NCBI GenBank assembly: GCA_036785375.1
Contig: JAWMAR010000471.1
Coordinates: 1,364,001 to 1,428,000 of the forward strand
Source: Leucoraja ocellata
Taxonomy: Eukaryota
DNA length: 64,000 nt
Reading direction: 5' to 3'
The number at the start of each line of letters is the position of its first letter. Within the stretch, counting starts at the first letter, position 1. The notes beneath the pieces are model-generated. The model ran no database searches. It worked only from the letters and a program-made list of their open reading frames with translations, and was not told the DNA's origin. A program made the translations under genes and the position numbers. This document shows positions 25,622-38,920 of the stretch, in pieces.

Positions 25622-25887
25622 CGTCGTATGTCCGAAGCAATGGTGGCAATCCACTTGCAATGTGTCCCCAGCTGTACTGTCTGCTCTCTGGCAGGCTGGC
25701 GGATATCCTGTGATTCGCATTGGTCTGTCAACAGATGGAAAACAAAATGCAAGAAAGGTTCAAATAACTTGTGAATATCTGGCGCCAGGTCCATCGCAAT
25801 CAGCGGCGCAAAGCGTTTTGCAGCCAGCAGTATGCCCTTTGGAGTAATAGCTGAAAATAAAATAATAATGCTGGGCATATTCAACAT
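25622..25887 (-). pseudogene. V pseudogene: leader exon 25836-25887, 111-bp intron, 5' part of V exon from 25724
   Basis: MLNMPSIIILFSAITPK+G|gc (non-GT donor); polypyrimidine + AG acceptor; QCESQDIRQPAREQTVQLG, then a 1-bp frameshift to DTLQVDCHH; cut by a tRNA-SINE head and an assembly gap. Confidence 0.65.
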
Positions 25888-26626
25888 GCTAGCTGCATCT
25901 GCAGACGAAGTAAAGGAACAGAGTTCTCGCGGTTGTTGATCCGCCACCAGAGGTGGAATTTAAATGAAAATGTTCCCAATGTTTGGCGAGTCCAGAACCA
26001 GGGGCCACAGTCTTAGAATAAAAGGGAGGTCATTTAAGACTTGGCTGAGAAAAAAACGTTTTCACCCAGAGAGTTGTGGAATTTATGGAATTCCCTGCCA
26101 CAGAGGGCAGTGGAGGCCAAGTCACTGGATGGATTTAAGAGAGAGTTAGATAGAGCTCTAGGGGCTAGTGAAGTCAAGGATATGGGGTTATTGATAGGGG
26201 ACGATCAGGCATGATCACAATGAATGGTGCTGCTGCTGGAAGGCCGAAGGGCCTCCTTATGCACATATTTTCCATGTTTCTATGTTTCTAAAGTGAAATT
26301 AAAGACTCTTGAATCTCCTGATTTATGACTCCCTTGTTACTGCGATCGAGCTTCTTAACCCAGTGCTTCAACCCTGGACGAACTATTCCGACCCTCCGGT
26401 GTTTCTCTTTATGTGCAACTCCAGCAATCATCGGTAAAGTTGTCTCGAATTCAGTCTTAAGCAGGGCCCCGACCAAAAAAGTTACCTATCCATCTCTCCA
26501 GAGATGTTGCCGGGGCCGCTGAGTTAATGCAGCTCTCCGAGTCATATTTTGTAAACCAACATCTATAGTTCCCTGTTTAAGAAGGAACTGCAGATGCTGG
26601 AACATCGAAGGTACACATAAATGCCG

Positions 26627-27313
26627 CATGCAGGTGCAGCAGGCAGTAAAGAAAGCGAATGGTATGTTGGCTTTCATAGCAAAAGGATTTGAGGTATAGG
26701 AGCAGGGGAGGTTCTACTGCAGTTGTACAGGGTCTTAGTGAGACCACGCCTGGAGTATTGCGTACAGTTTTGGTCTCCAAATCTGAGGAAGGACATTATT
26801 GCCATAGAGGAGTGCAGAGAAGGTTCACCAGACTGATTCCTGGGAGTCAGGACTGTCTTATGAAGAAAGACTGGATAGACTTGGTTTATACTCTCTAGAA
26901 TTTAGGAGATTGAGAGGGGATCTTATAGAAACTTACAAAATTCTTAAGAGGTTGGACAGGCTAGATGCAGGAAGATTGTTCCCGATGTTGGGGAAGTCCA
27001 GGACAAGGGTCACAGCTTAAGGATAAGGGAGTGGGGGAAATCCTTTAAAACCGAGATGAGAAGAACTTTTTTCACACAGAGAGTGGTGAATCCTGGGAAC
27101 TCTCTGCCACAGAGGGTAGTTGAGGCCAGTTCATTGGCTATATTTAAGAGGGAGCTAGATGTGGCCCTTGTGGCTAAGGGGGTCAGGGGGTATGGAGAGG
27201 AGGCAGGTACGGGATACTGAGTTGGATGATCAGCCCAGATCATATTGAATGGCGGTGCAGGCTCGAAGGGCCGAATGGCTACTCCTGCACCTAATTTCTA
27301 TGTTTCTATGTTT
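26627..27313 (+). mobile_element. CR1-clade LINE 3' fragment
   Basis: Same family as the 48.2 kb copy, frameshifted. Confidence 0.9.
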
Positions 27314-29547
27314 CGAATATGGGGTGCTGTTCCTCTAGTTCTCCAACACCTTCACTCTGGCTGTGGAAAGAAGGCCAGGACAGAAAAGTCAGTACGAGAA
27401 TGGGAATGGAAGTCAAAATGGTTAGCAAACGATATATCCAACAGGCCCTGGCCTACCGACCCCAAGTGTTTAGTGAATTATTCGTCTAGTCTATGCTTGG
27501 TCTCGCCGACGTAAAGGAAGGACATAGTCGTACCCCCTGAAGGCAGTAAATTAGTGACTAGTGGATCTCAATGTGAAGCTATATATCACCTGGAAGGGCT
27601 ACTGGAGTCTTGGACGGATCTGACGGTGGAGGTGTCGGGACAGATGATACATCTCCAACGGTTGAACAGGAAAAGTGCCTGAGGAGATAATGGTTAGGCT
27701 CGAAGGGCCGAATGGTCTACTCCTGCACCTAATTTCTATATGTTTCTATGTTTCTATGAAAACGTTGCCTATTTCCTTCGAAAATAAACTCCATAGATGC
27801 TGCTGCACCCCCTGAGTTTCTCCAGTTTCTTTTGGTACCTTCTATAGTTCCTTGCGTTTCGGAAGAACAGCGCTGCGCAAAGGGCTAATTTCCATTATTG
27901 CAAATTTCAACACGATTTAAATTTAAAACCACGAAGAGAAACAACGAAAAGGAAAGATGGAGGTGTATCTGCAATTTTAGGCACATTGCTCCGTCGCGGC
28001 AAATTCGTCCTCTTACCTCGGTGGGTCCATTAGAACAGTCACCTTCGGAGTGTTCACTGGAATGATTGCTAATCCTTGGCGAACAGCGCCATCAGCCGAT
28101 CACCACGTGCTACTGGCGATTAATTAAATTCCACACAGAGTAGGTTTTTGCAGGATACAGTCTATCGCCGTTTCACTCTGTTAAGTTCGGTCACAACAGC
28201 GGTTATGTACCAGTGAATAGACTCACAGCCTATCTAATCTGCCTTTATGTTATGCAACTACAGCACCCAATCGGGGGAACATCTGATGAATCTCTTCTGC
28301 ACTCTCTCTGTGGTTACCATGTCGTTCGAGTATTGTGGAGACCAGAATTGCCACAAAACGCCAATGTTTGGTAACATAAAGTCACAAATCACATACTAAA
28401 CAAATTTAAAAAACTATCTTTATGCAAGCATTGACCTAAAAACTTCACATTGATATGCGCATGGTCAGAATTAAAGGCGTTATTTTTAAGGGGAGATGGA
28501 GAGAAGTATCGTTACTCAGAGGGTGGTGAATCTGTGGAATTCTTTGCCACAGAAGGCTGCGGAGGCATAATCACTGGAAAATGTTAATGCAGAGGCAGAT
28601 AGATCTTTGATTAGCACAGGGTTCAAAATTATGGGGTTTGGCAGGAGAATGGGTTAGGAGGGAGGGATGGATCAGCCATGATTGAATGGCGGAGTAGACT
28701 TAATGGATGTGTTATTCTAATAACATTACAGGGTTTATGGCTCTCTGTGTGAAATACCGCGCCCTTCATTGGGTTAGTATTGGCGTCCGCCACGAATTTG
28801 TATTCTTCTTCGGAACATAAACGACTTCAGAGGTAGAAACCAAATGCTGGAGCAACTGAGCGGGTCGTGCAGACTAGTGAAGGTCTCGACCCGAAATATC
28901 ACCTATTCCTTTACTCCAGAGATGCCGCCTGAATCGAATTACTGCAGCATTTTGCGTTTAGATTCGGCGTCTAAAACCAGCATCTGCAGTTCTTCTTATA
29001 CATAAAATAGACTCTTCAGAGAGTCTCACCCAGTAAGACTGATGTTTGGGGTTTGCAGTTACTGTGCTGTGCTGCGAGATCTGGGACAGCTGGTTTAGAC
29101 TCGGCAAACCGGTTCACGGAAGAAATCCAGGATGGGTAATGTTATTCGAGAGGGAAATAATTAATGGCCGGGCTGACTGGTTGCGAGATGTCAAAGTTGC
29201 TGTCTGAGAGCATACTCTCCCGAATAATTAGGCAATCTTGGCTACTATTCCTCCTCTGACTAGTACCCGCCCCCTCGGTCATGACTGACCATGGGTGATG
29301 CATCCTAGTTTTCAGATGATGTGTGGTCGGATGCAAGCCTGGGCGATCTCATATGGAGACAGGCTACCCATGCAGCACGCCCCCCCCCGCCCCCACCTCC
29401 CACCCCCTCTCCACGTCGCTGATCGATCCAAAAGGAACAGCAGGTCCGTTGCAGTTTGGCACCAGTACCGTCGCAGGAGCTGCCATCGCGAGGTTGAAGA
29501 CAACGACGAACTGCTTTAGGGGCTCCGACACCGGGATTTTCTTGAAA

Positions 29548-30140
29548 TATAGAAACATAGAAATTAGGTGCAGGAGTAGAGGCCATTCGGCCCTTCGAGC
29601 CCTTGCACCGCTATTCAATATGATCATGGCTGATCATCCAACTCAGTATCCTGTACCTGCCTTCTCTCCATACCCCTGATCACTTTAGCCACAAGGGCCA
29701 CATCTAACTCCCTCTTAAATGTAGCCAATGAACTGTGTGGCCTCAACTACCTTCTGTGGCAGAGAATTCCACAGATTCACCACTCTCTGTGTGAATTTTT
29801 TTTCTCAACTCGGTCCTAAAAGATTTCCCCTATATCCTTAAACTGTGACCCCTTGTTCAGGACTTCTCCAACACCTGGATCAATCTTCCTGCATCTAGCC
29901 TGTCCAACCACTTAAGAATGTGTAAGTTTCTATAAGATCCCCCTAAATCTCCCAATTTCCAGCGAGTAAAAGCCGAGTCTATCCAGTCTTTCTTCATATG
30001 AAAGTCCTGACATCCCAGGAATCAGTCTGGTGAACCTTCTCTGTACGCCCTCTATGGCAAGAATGTATTTCATCAGATTAGGAGACCAAAACTGTACGCA
30101 ATACTCCAGGTGTGGTCTCACCAAGACCCTGTACAACTGC
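29548..30140 (-). mobile_element. CR1-clade LINE 3' fragment
   Basis: RT C-terminus plus tail; another copy at 30526-30952 on the other side of the gap. Confidence 0.9.
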
Positions 30141-30325
30141 ATGACGATATGGCCACAAGACAGTGGAGGTTTTAAATCAGAGTTTTCCTCTCCTAGATGG
30201 ACTGCCTTCCCAGGCTGACGAGCCCCATCTGCCCGAGACTCGTGGGGGCGGGAGCGTCTACTTTCCCGTGCAGGAGTCTATTATAGCACCTGCCCCACTG
30301 CCGAACAGGACGCCCTCCTGACTGC

Positions 30326-30525
30326 NNNNNNNNNNNNNNNNNNNNNNNNNNNNNNNNNNNNNNNNNNNNNNNNNNNNNNNNNNNNNNNNNNNNNNNNNNN
30401 NNNNNNNNNNNNNNNNNNNNNNNNNNNNNNNNNNNNNNNNNNNNNNNNNNNNNNNNNNNNNNNNNNNNNNNNNNNNNNNNNNNNNNNNNNNNNNNNNNNN
30501 NNNNNNNNNNNNNNNNNNNNNNNNN
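30326..30525. other. Assembly gap of exactly 200 N between the J array and the V/D block
   Basis: Run of N; the round length suggests a placeholder-size scaffold join. Confidence 1.
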
Positions 30526-32576
30526 GTCTTTTCTCCATACCCCCGATCCCTTTAGCCACAAGGGCCACATCTAACTCCCTCTTAAATATAGCCAATGAAC
30601 TGGCCTCAACTACCTTCTGTGGCAGAGAGTTCCACAGATTCACCACTCTCTGTGTGAAAAAATGTTTTTCTCATCTCGGTCCTTATCCTTAAACTGTGAC
30701 CCCTAGTTCTGTACTTCCCCAACATTGGGAACAATTTTCCTGCGTGTAGCCTGTCCAATCCCTTATGAATTTTGTACGTTTCTATGAGATCCCCCCTCAA
30801 TCTTCTAAATTCTAGCGATCTTCTAAATTCTAGCGAGTACAAGCCGAGTCTATCCAGTCTTTATTCATTTGAAAGTCCTGCCATCCCAGGAATCAGTGTG
30901 GTGAACCTTCTCTGTGCTCCCTCTATGGCAAGAATGTATTTCCTCAGATTAGGGCAAGAACGTCTTTCCTCAGATTAGGGCAAGAATGTCTTTCTTCAGA
31001 TGTGATTATGGCTGATCATCGGCAATTAGTACCCAATATTCCTGCCTTCTCTCCATATCTCTTAACCCCGCTATCCCTAAGAGCCCTCTCAAATTAGATG
31101 TTACAATCTGTTCCATATCAATCCCTCAGTGTCGGGGTTCTTCAGTATGATCAAATGCAATGAAGATTTGTTTTTGTCTTGTGATTATTTGCAGAATGGG
31201 TAATTTCTTTATTCATATAACATTCTTTAAAGGTGTCGCTGAAGGGTGACGAAGGGTGACCTGATGGAAGTATATAGATATACGGGAGAAATTGATAGGG
31301 GGAGAGAGAACCTTTTTTGGGGGTCAAAGACTAGAGGCACAGCCATGGGGCGTGAGGGGGAAAGTCTAAAGGAGATGTATCTGGCAAGTTTTTTTTTTAA
31401 CATAAACAGTTATGGGAACTTGCAACACACTACCAGGGTTGTTGTTGAACGTAGAATCAATAGTGGTATGTAAGAGCCTTTTGGATCGGCACATGGATAT
31501 GCAGAGAATGGGAGGATATGGATTATGGCCAGGCAGAGGGGATGCGTTCATCTTAGCATCATGTTCGGCACAGATATTGTGGGTCGAAGTGTCTGTTCCT
31601 GTGCTGTATGTTTTATGTTCTATATGTCAGGGACATGCAGTTATCTTATTGAAACATAGAAGATTATTAAGGGCTTGGACACGCTAGAGGCAGGAAACGT
31701 GTTCCCGATGTTGGGGGAGTCCAGAAACAGGGGCCACGGTTTAAGAATAAGGGGTAAGCCATTTAGAACGGGAGAGGAGGAAACACTTCTTCACACAGAG
31801 AGTTGTGAGTCTGTGGAATTCTCTGCCCCAGAGGGCGGTGGAGGCCGGTTCTCTGGATACTTTCAAGAGAGAGCCAGATAGGACTCTTAAAGGTAGCGGA
31901 GTCAGGGATATGGGGAGAAGGCAGGAACGGGGTACTGATTGTGGATGATCAGCCATGATCACATGATTGAATGGCGGTTCTGGCTCGAAGGCCGAATGGC
32001 CTACGCCTGCCCCTATTGTCTATTGACAAAGAGTTATACAGCTCGAAAAATAGGTTATTCGGCCTTCGCGCCCGAACTGTCTCATTTACGCTGATCCTAC
32101 ACGAATCACATTTCAATATTATCATCAAGTCCACAGATTCTTCTCTAGACGGTGGAAACAACGTACAGGGGCCAAGTAAACTGCCGAAGCGCACGTCTTT
32201 AAGATACCGGGGGAGAGCAGAGCACCAAAGGAAACCCATTCAGTCACAGGCTGGAACGTGCAAACGCCACATAAAAAACGGCGGAGGTCAGGGTCGAACC
32301 AACGACTCTGGGGACATTAAGACAGCAGCGAAACTAGTTGTGCCAATGTCACTGACACGAACCGTTCTCTCTGCTTCTTTCTCCACGAGTGTTGGAGCAC
32401 CTGCTGAATATTCTCTGCATTTCAGATTTTCGGCGTTTGCAGGATTTTTGTGTTGGGCATTTGTCTGCAAGGCTCTGTTTTGGATTTGGGAGAGAATTCT
32501 TAAAACACTGGGAGTCAATTTTACCCAATTGACAATAGCACAATAACGTTTGCAGATGGGACTTTGATATACTCAC

Positions 32577-32642
32577 TGGGTGTCACGAATAACTTGGTTC
32601 CTGCGCCGAATATTAACTTTCCATAGTCTGCACCAGTATCTA
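32577..32642 (-). CDS. TRAJ: J-alpha-type segment DTGADYGKLIFGAGTKLFVTP
   Basis: CACAGTG(32643)-12-TCAAAACAC; FGXG; donor gtgagt. Confidence 0.93.
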
Positions 32643-32931
32643 CACAGTGCTAACTAGCGGTTCAAAACACAAGGCAAGGACACATGGTGAAAGGCAATAG
32701 AATATCCCCCGTGGCATCGTTCTCTAACTTTAATTATATTTGAGTGAATGTGTCGACAATGTCTGTTCTAATGTGCACATTCTCCATTTGACGCCACAGG
32801 TTTTCCTCAGGGTGCTGCTGTTTTAAGTTTAGTTTGGAGACACAGCATGGAGCCACCCCCCTTCAGCACCAAAGGGGACTATTGTGTCCCTGGTTAAATC
32901 CACACAGACAACAGCGGAGGTCAGGGTCAAT

Positions 32932-34604
32932 ACCTGGAGTATTGCGTACCGTTTTGGTCTCCTACTCTGAGGAAAGACATTCTTGCCATAGAGGGAGTAC
33001 AGAGAAGGTTCACCAGACTGAATCCTGGGATGGCAGGACTTTCATATGAAGAAAAACTGGCTAGACTCGGCTTGTACTCGCTAGAATTTAGAAGATTGAG
33101 GGGGGATCTTATAGAAACTTACAACGTTCTTAAGGGGTTGGACAGGCTAGATGCAGGAAGATTGTTCCCGATGTTGGGGAAGTCCAGAACAAGGGGCCAC
33201 ACACAGTTTAAGGATAAGGGGGAATCATTTAGGAACGAGATGAGAAAAACATTTTTCACACAGAGAGTGGTGAATCTGTGGAATTCTCTGCCACAGAAGG
33301 TAGTTGAGGCCAGTTCATTGGTTATATTTAAGAGTTAGATGTGGCCCTTGTGGCTAAAGGGATCAGGGGGTATGGAGAGAAGGCAGGTACAGGATACTGA
33401 GTTGATTGATCAGCCATGATCATATTGAATGGCGAATGGTTCAGGCTCGAAGGGCCAAATGGCCTCCTCTTCCACCTATTTTCTATGTTTCTATGCTTTA
33501 CACTATATCCTCCAGAGCCGTATGTGGCAAAGAATTCCACAGATTCACCACCCTCTGACGAAATACATTCCTCATCATCTCCTTCGGAAAGGAACGTTCT
33601 TGAATTCCGAGGCCTGATCTACACTAGAGTCTAGTCCCAGAATCACCCACGAGTGGAAAAATCCCCTCCACTATAAGTTTAATACGTTTCAATGAGGCCG
33701 CCCTCTCATCCCTCTAAACCCCAGCCAGCACAGGCCCAGTGCCATCAAGCGGCAATCATATCTTAACACACTCATTCTTGTGATCATAGAAACATAGAAA
33801 CAAAGAAACATACAAATTAGGTGCAGGAGTAGAGGCCATTCGGTCCTTCGAGCCTGCACCGCCATTCAATATGATCATGGCTGATCATCCAACTCAGTAT
33901 CCCGTACCTGCCTTCTCTCCATACCCTCTGATCCCCTTGGCCACAAGGGCCACATCTTAAATATAGCCAATGAACTGGCCTCGACTACCCTCTGTGGCAG
34001 AGAGTTCCAGAGATTCACCACTCTCTGTGTGAAAAAAGTTCTTCTCATCTCGGTTTTAAAGGATTTCCCCTTATCCTTAAGCTGTGACCTCTTGTCCTGG
34101 ACTTCCCTAACATCGGGAACAATCTTCCTGCATCTAGCCTGTCCAACCCCTTAAGAATTTTGTAAGTTTCTATAAGATCCCCTCTCAATCTCCTAAATTC
34201 TAGAGAGTATAAACCAAGTATATCCAGTCTTTCTTCATAAGACAGTCCTGACATCCCAGGAATCAGTCTGGTGAACCTTCTCTACACTCCCTCTATTGCA
34301 ATAATGTCTTTCCTCAGATTTGGAGACCAGAATTGCACGCAATACTCCAGGTGTGGTCTCACCAAGACCCTGTACAACTGCAGTAGAACCTCCCTGCTCC
34401 TATACTCAAATCCTCTTGCTATGAAAGCCAACATACCATTCGCTTTCTTACTGCCTGCTGCACCTGTATGCCTACCTTCAATGACTGGTGTACCATGACA
34501 CACAGGTCTCGCTGCATCTCCCCCTTTCCCAATCGGCCACCATTTAGATAATAGTCTGCTTTCCCGTTTTTGCCACCAAAATGGATAACCTCACATTTAT
34601 CCAC
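32932..34604. mobile_element. Convergent CR1-clade LINE fragments (32932-33495 +, 33786-34604 -) between the first two J segments
   Basis: RT C-terminal translations and tails. Confidence 0.88.
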
Positions 34605-35047
34605 TGATCATTCTTGTAAACCTCCTCTGGACCTTCTCCAGAGCGAGCACATCCTTCCTCAGATATGATGTCCAATCTTGCTTTACAGAACTTGACACGC
34701 GCCTTATAGAGGCGCCTCATCACATCCCTGTTTTTGTATACAAGCCCTCTCGAAACAAATGCAAGCTTTGTGTTTGGCTTCCCTGCTGCCGATTCGACTT
34801 GGAGATGATTTTTTGGGGAAATCCTGCACCAGGACTCATAAGTCCATTTGCACCACCGAATTATGGATTCTCACCCGATTTAGAAAATAGTCTACGCGTT
34901 TATCCTTGCTACCAAAATACCCGACACCACATTTTGCTGCCCTATATTCCATCTGCCACTTCTCTGCCCATTCCCGCAACCTGTCCAAGTTCCACCCATT
35001 GGGAGGAGCACAATAACATGCGCTGATTGGGACTTTAAAATACTTAC

Positions 35048-35113
35048 TGGGTGTCACGGTCAACCGGGTTCCTGGTCCGAAAGTTAACTTTCCAATACCA
35101 GAACTGGCATCCA
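35048..35113 (-). CDS. TRAJ: J-alpha-type segment DASSGIGKLTFGPGTRLTVTP
   Basis: CACAGTG(35114)-12-ACAAAAACA; FGXG; donor gtaagt. Confidence 0.95.
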
Positions 35114-35766
35114 CACAGTGTTAACTCCCGGGACAAAAACACAGGAGATCCGTTGATGAAGGGAAACGGAATCTCCTCCGTGATATATGTCTGGTAACTT
35201 TAGTTAGATTAAAATTAATATGTCCATTGGACATATGTCTGTTGAAATTTGCAACTTCTCCAATGGAGTTTCCTCAGGATGCTCCTGTTTTCTTGTTTAG
35301 TTGGGAAATACACCATGAAAACAGGCCATTCAGCCCATCTGGTCCACACCGACCATCGATTACCACTTCACACTAGTTCTTTGATATCCCACTTTCTAAA
35401 CACTCGCTTCACGCTGGGAGAATTATTTTTCAGGAGGCAATTAGCCGACAGAGCAACAGGTCTTTGTGACGCAGGGGGGGGGGGTGCGGAGAAAATACGC
35501 GCGTTTACTGGAGGGGACGGGCAAACTCCACACAATCAGCACCCGAGGTCAGGATCGAACCCGTGTCTCTGACGCTGTGAGGCATCAGCTCTACCAGCTG
35601 CGCCACAGCGCCGCACATTGTGCGACCTTCGCTTTGACCATTCAGAGGGTGTTTCAACGCCGGGTACTTGTTGGTTCTATTCAGAGACAAAACACTTGGA
35701 GTTTAACAATATTTCACGGTATAAGCAGCCTGGTCACTGAATGGATCATTAGGATGTGTTACTTAC

Positions 35767-35829
35767 TGGGTTCTACTGTAAGTCTGGTCCCGTTTCCAAA
35801 ATGCATTACACGAGTACCTCCTTGATTCA
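35767..35829 (-). CDS. TRAJ: J-alpha-type segment NQGGTRVMHFGNGTRLTVEP
   Basis: CACGGAG(35830)-12-ACAAAACCT; FGXG; donor gtaagt. Confidence 0.92.
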
Positions 35830-37069
35830 CACGGAGGCTGACGCCAACACAAAACCTCTCAGGCCAAGATACTTCAATTTCTAATACTCCCTTTCCGACT
35901 GAAGGGACAACTTACTTCTTTCGATGTTATCCTAACCTCCTCCTATTCTTGAAAGTACCTCTACCCCCCCCCCCCCCACCTATCTCCTAATTGATCCCAC
36001 CCCTCTCGTTTGGAAGCCCACCAGGTTCTCCAAGGAGCAGAACCTCTCCTGCTCAAGTTCACATTCCTGGTAAAGGGGTTATTTTACGTATAATATTGAA
36101 CGGTTTTGCGGAATAGCATGATGACAAATAGGCCCCGACCTCGGGTCATCGCAGAGGAAACATAGAAACATAGAAACGCAGACAATAGGTGCAGGTGTAG
36201 AGGCCATTCGGCCCTTCGAGCCTGCACCGCCATTCGATATGATCATGGCTGATCATCCAACTCAGTATCCCATCCCTGCCTTCTCTCCATACCCCCTGAT
36301 CCCTTTAGCCACAAGGGCCACATCTAACTCCTTCTTAAATAATAGCCAATGAACTGTGGCCTCAACTGCCTTCTGCGGCAGAGAATTCCACAGATTCACC
36401 ACTCTCTGTGTAAAAATTTTTTTTTTCATCTCGGTCCTAAAAGATTTCCCCCTTATCCTTAAACTGTGACCCCTTGTTCTGGACTTCCCCAACATCGGGG
36501 ACAATCTTCCTGCATCTAGCCAGTCCAACCCCTGAATAAATTTGTAAGTTTCTATAAGACCCACCCTCAATCTTCTAAAATCTAGCGAGTACAAGCCGGG
36601 ACTATCCAGTCTTTCTTCATATGAAAGTCCTGACATCCCAGGAATCAGTCTGGTGAACCTTCTCTGTACTCCGTCTATGGCAAGAATGTCTTTCCTCACA
36701 GTGAAGAGGACTGGACTTTCTGATGCCTTTCCCCAAAGTGGAAATTTTTGATTCTGTTGTGGGGGGACGTTCATGTTGAATTCTATAAAGTGTTGTGTCA
36801 TTTTTATTATTAAAAAAAAAAATTCTATGGATATACGGGAAATTAATTATTTCTACTATGTAAAGCACTTTAGTTTCAACACGAGTTGATTTAAACTTGC
36901 TGTATATATACAATGTACTTACTTACAATTTATTTCACAAAGTATTTCCCCGACAATTTCTTGCTTGATATTCTCTGCGATTTCTAAGGGATATCCCCGG
37001 CGATTTGCAATGTGCAAACCAAGCCTCGAGCTCACCAATAATTGAAGCATTGCGATTGGAAATACTTAC

Positions 37070-37129
37070 TGGGTGACACGGTTAGCTTAGTTCCTGTGCC
37101 GAATGTCAGCTTGAAATCACCGCTATTCA
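37070..37129 (-). CDS. TRAJ: J-alpha-type segment NSGDFKLTFGTGTKLTVSP
   Basis: CACAGTA(37130)-12-ACAAAAAAG; FGXG; donor gtaagt. Confidence 0.94.
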
Positions 37130-38857
37130 CACAGTACTTATCACCAATACAAAAAAGCATATTGGGGGTTTGAAGAAGGGTCACAACCCGAATCGACACC
37201 TATTCCTTTTCTCCAGATATGTCTGACCCTCTGAGTTACTCCAGCTTGTTGTGTCTACTTCCCAGCTCCGGTATTAAAGTGTATACCTGCATTGTTCTCT
37301 TTCCACGCTGTGTCTCTAAGGTCTAACATCTAATGTCGAAATTAAAAAGTTAAAGATGTCAACCAATATCTAGTGCAACGGTCACCATGTCGATATCTGC
37401 TCTTCATTTAAACCATGTTACGCTTTTATGTAAATAATTCTTGCTTCGTTTCAATGCGCTTCCCGAAAAGCCGGGAAATATATTCACACACGGACCCGAG
37501 GATGGTAAGATCATAACATCGTAGGAAGAGGGAGTGGGACTAGGCGTTTCGGGCCCTCGTGTCTCCTCCGCCATTTAATAGGATCGTGGCTGATCTAGTC
37601 GTTCCTCGCTCACTTCCTTATGCCCCTGTCCCACTTAGGAAACCTGAACGGAACCGCCCGAGTTGCGGGGTTGAAGGTTACCTGGAGCGGGGCCTTACAT
37701 CCCTGCCCCGCGCGGCTTGGAATTGCCGCGGGACTTTGTGAGCGCCCGCCGGGGCTCCAACACCAAGACCCGGTGCTTTACCTTGCATCACCCGGCGTGG
37801 CTTTAATGGCTGCGGGACATTTAACATCGCCCGCTGGTGGCTTTGACTCTGTCTTTGACTCTGACATGGGGGGGGAGAGGGGAGTGCAGGGGAGAGATAT
37901 GTGTTTTTTTTGTCTCCTTCACAGCGAGGAGAAGATGCGCTGTGAAGGATGTTTGTGTAAATTGTGTTGTGTCTTGGGTCTTTTTCGTTTTGTATGTAGG
38001 ACTGCAGAAACGACATTTCGTTTGGACCTCAACGGGGTCCAAACGACAAATAAATTGTATTGCATTGTATTGTATTGGAGACTTTGCGCCCCACCCAAGG
38101 TTTCCGTGCGGTTCCCGGAGGTTTTTGTCAGTCTCCCTACATGCTTCCACTACCCGCAACCTCCGGCAACCACCTGCAACCCCCGGGAACCGCACGGAAA
38201 CCTTGGGTGGGGCGCGAAGTCTCCAGAGGTTCCTGTTCAGGTTTCCTAAGTGGGACAGGGACATTACTCTGTAACCCTATCAGTTTGAAGGAAGGTTCCG
38301 ACCCGACACTCGGTCCGTCAATTCCCTCCACGGATGCTGCCCGCACCGCCGTCCCACCCCCGGGATTTGGTGTTTTGCTCAGGTTTCCAGCACTTGCAGT
38401 CTCCCGTTTCTCCTGTAACTCCCGAACCCATTTACAAAGTAGAAATCTATGTATCTTAGCCTTTACAATGCGCCAAGTGTAAGGTTTGCGTTCACAATTC
38501 TCCACGGGAAAACGTTCCAAAGACCCGCAGCCCACCGGCAGAAGAACGTGTTCTCAGTCACACAGTCATGGAGTGGAGACAGGCCATTCGGCCCACCTTT
38601 CCCCCACCAGCCAACATGCCCCAACTACTCTCGTCCCACCTGCCTTGGCCCACCCACATCCCCTCCAAATCTGTCCTCTCCATGTACCTGTCTAACTGTT
38701 TCTTAAACGATGGGATAGTCCCAGCCTCAACTACCTCCTCTGGCAGCTCGTTCCATACACCCACCACCCTTTGTGTGAAAAAGATACCCCTCAGATTCCT
38801 TTTGAATCTGTTTCCCATTCGCCTTAAACTTGTGTTCTCCGGTGCAGTTCTACTTAC

Positions 38858-38920
38858 TGGGTTTTACGGTCAATTTGGTTCCATTACCAAATACCGGAGG
38901 AGTTGCCCCTCCACCATACA
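38858..38920 (-). CDS. TRAJ: J-alpha-type segment YGGGATPPVFGNGTKLTVKP
   Basis: CACAGCG(38921)-12-ACAAAAACC; FGXG; donor gtaagt. Confidence 0.94.

Noticed and set aside
24667-25947. 426-aa ORF and other long ORFs containing X runs
   Set aside because: Artefacts of reading through N gaps, joining pseudo-V, SINE and LINE pieces.
28017-28057. Short minus-strand exon-like stretch NTPKVTVLMDPP with gtaaga donor (J or C-domain start?)
   Set aside because: No FGXG, no 12-RSS, wrong exit phase, and a stop follows if read through.
29060-29100. Plus-strand YCAVLRD resembling a V end or germline-joined segment
   Set aside because: No upstream V framework, a stop follows, and no properly spaced RSS.
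26000-32500. Search for C-alpha exons directly 3' of the J array
   Set aside because: No C1-set, hinge or transmembrane exon recognised; the gap at 30326-30525 cannot be excluded.
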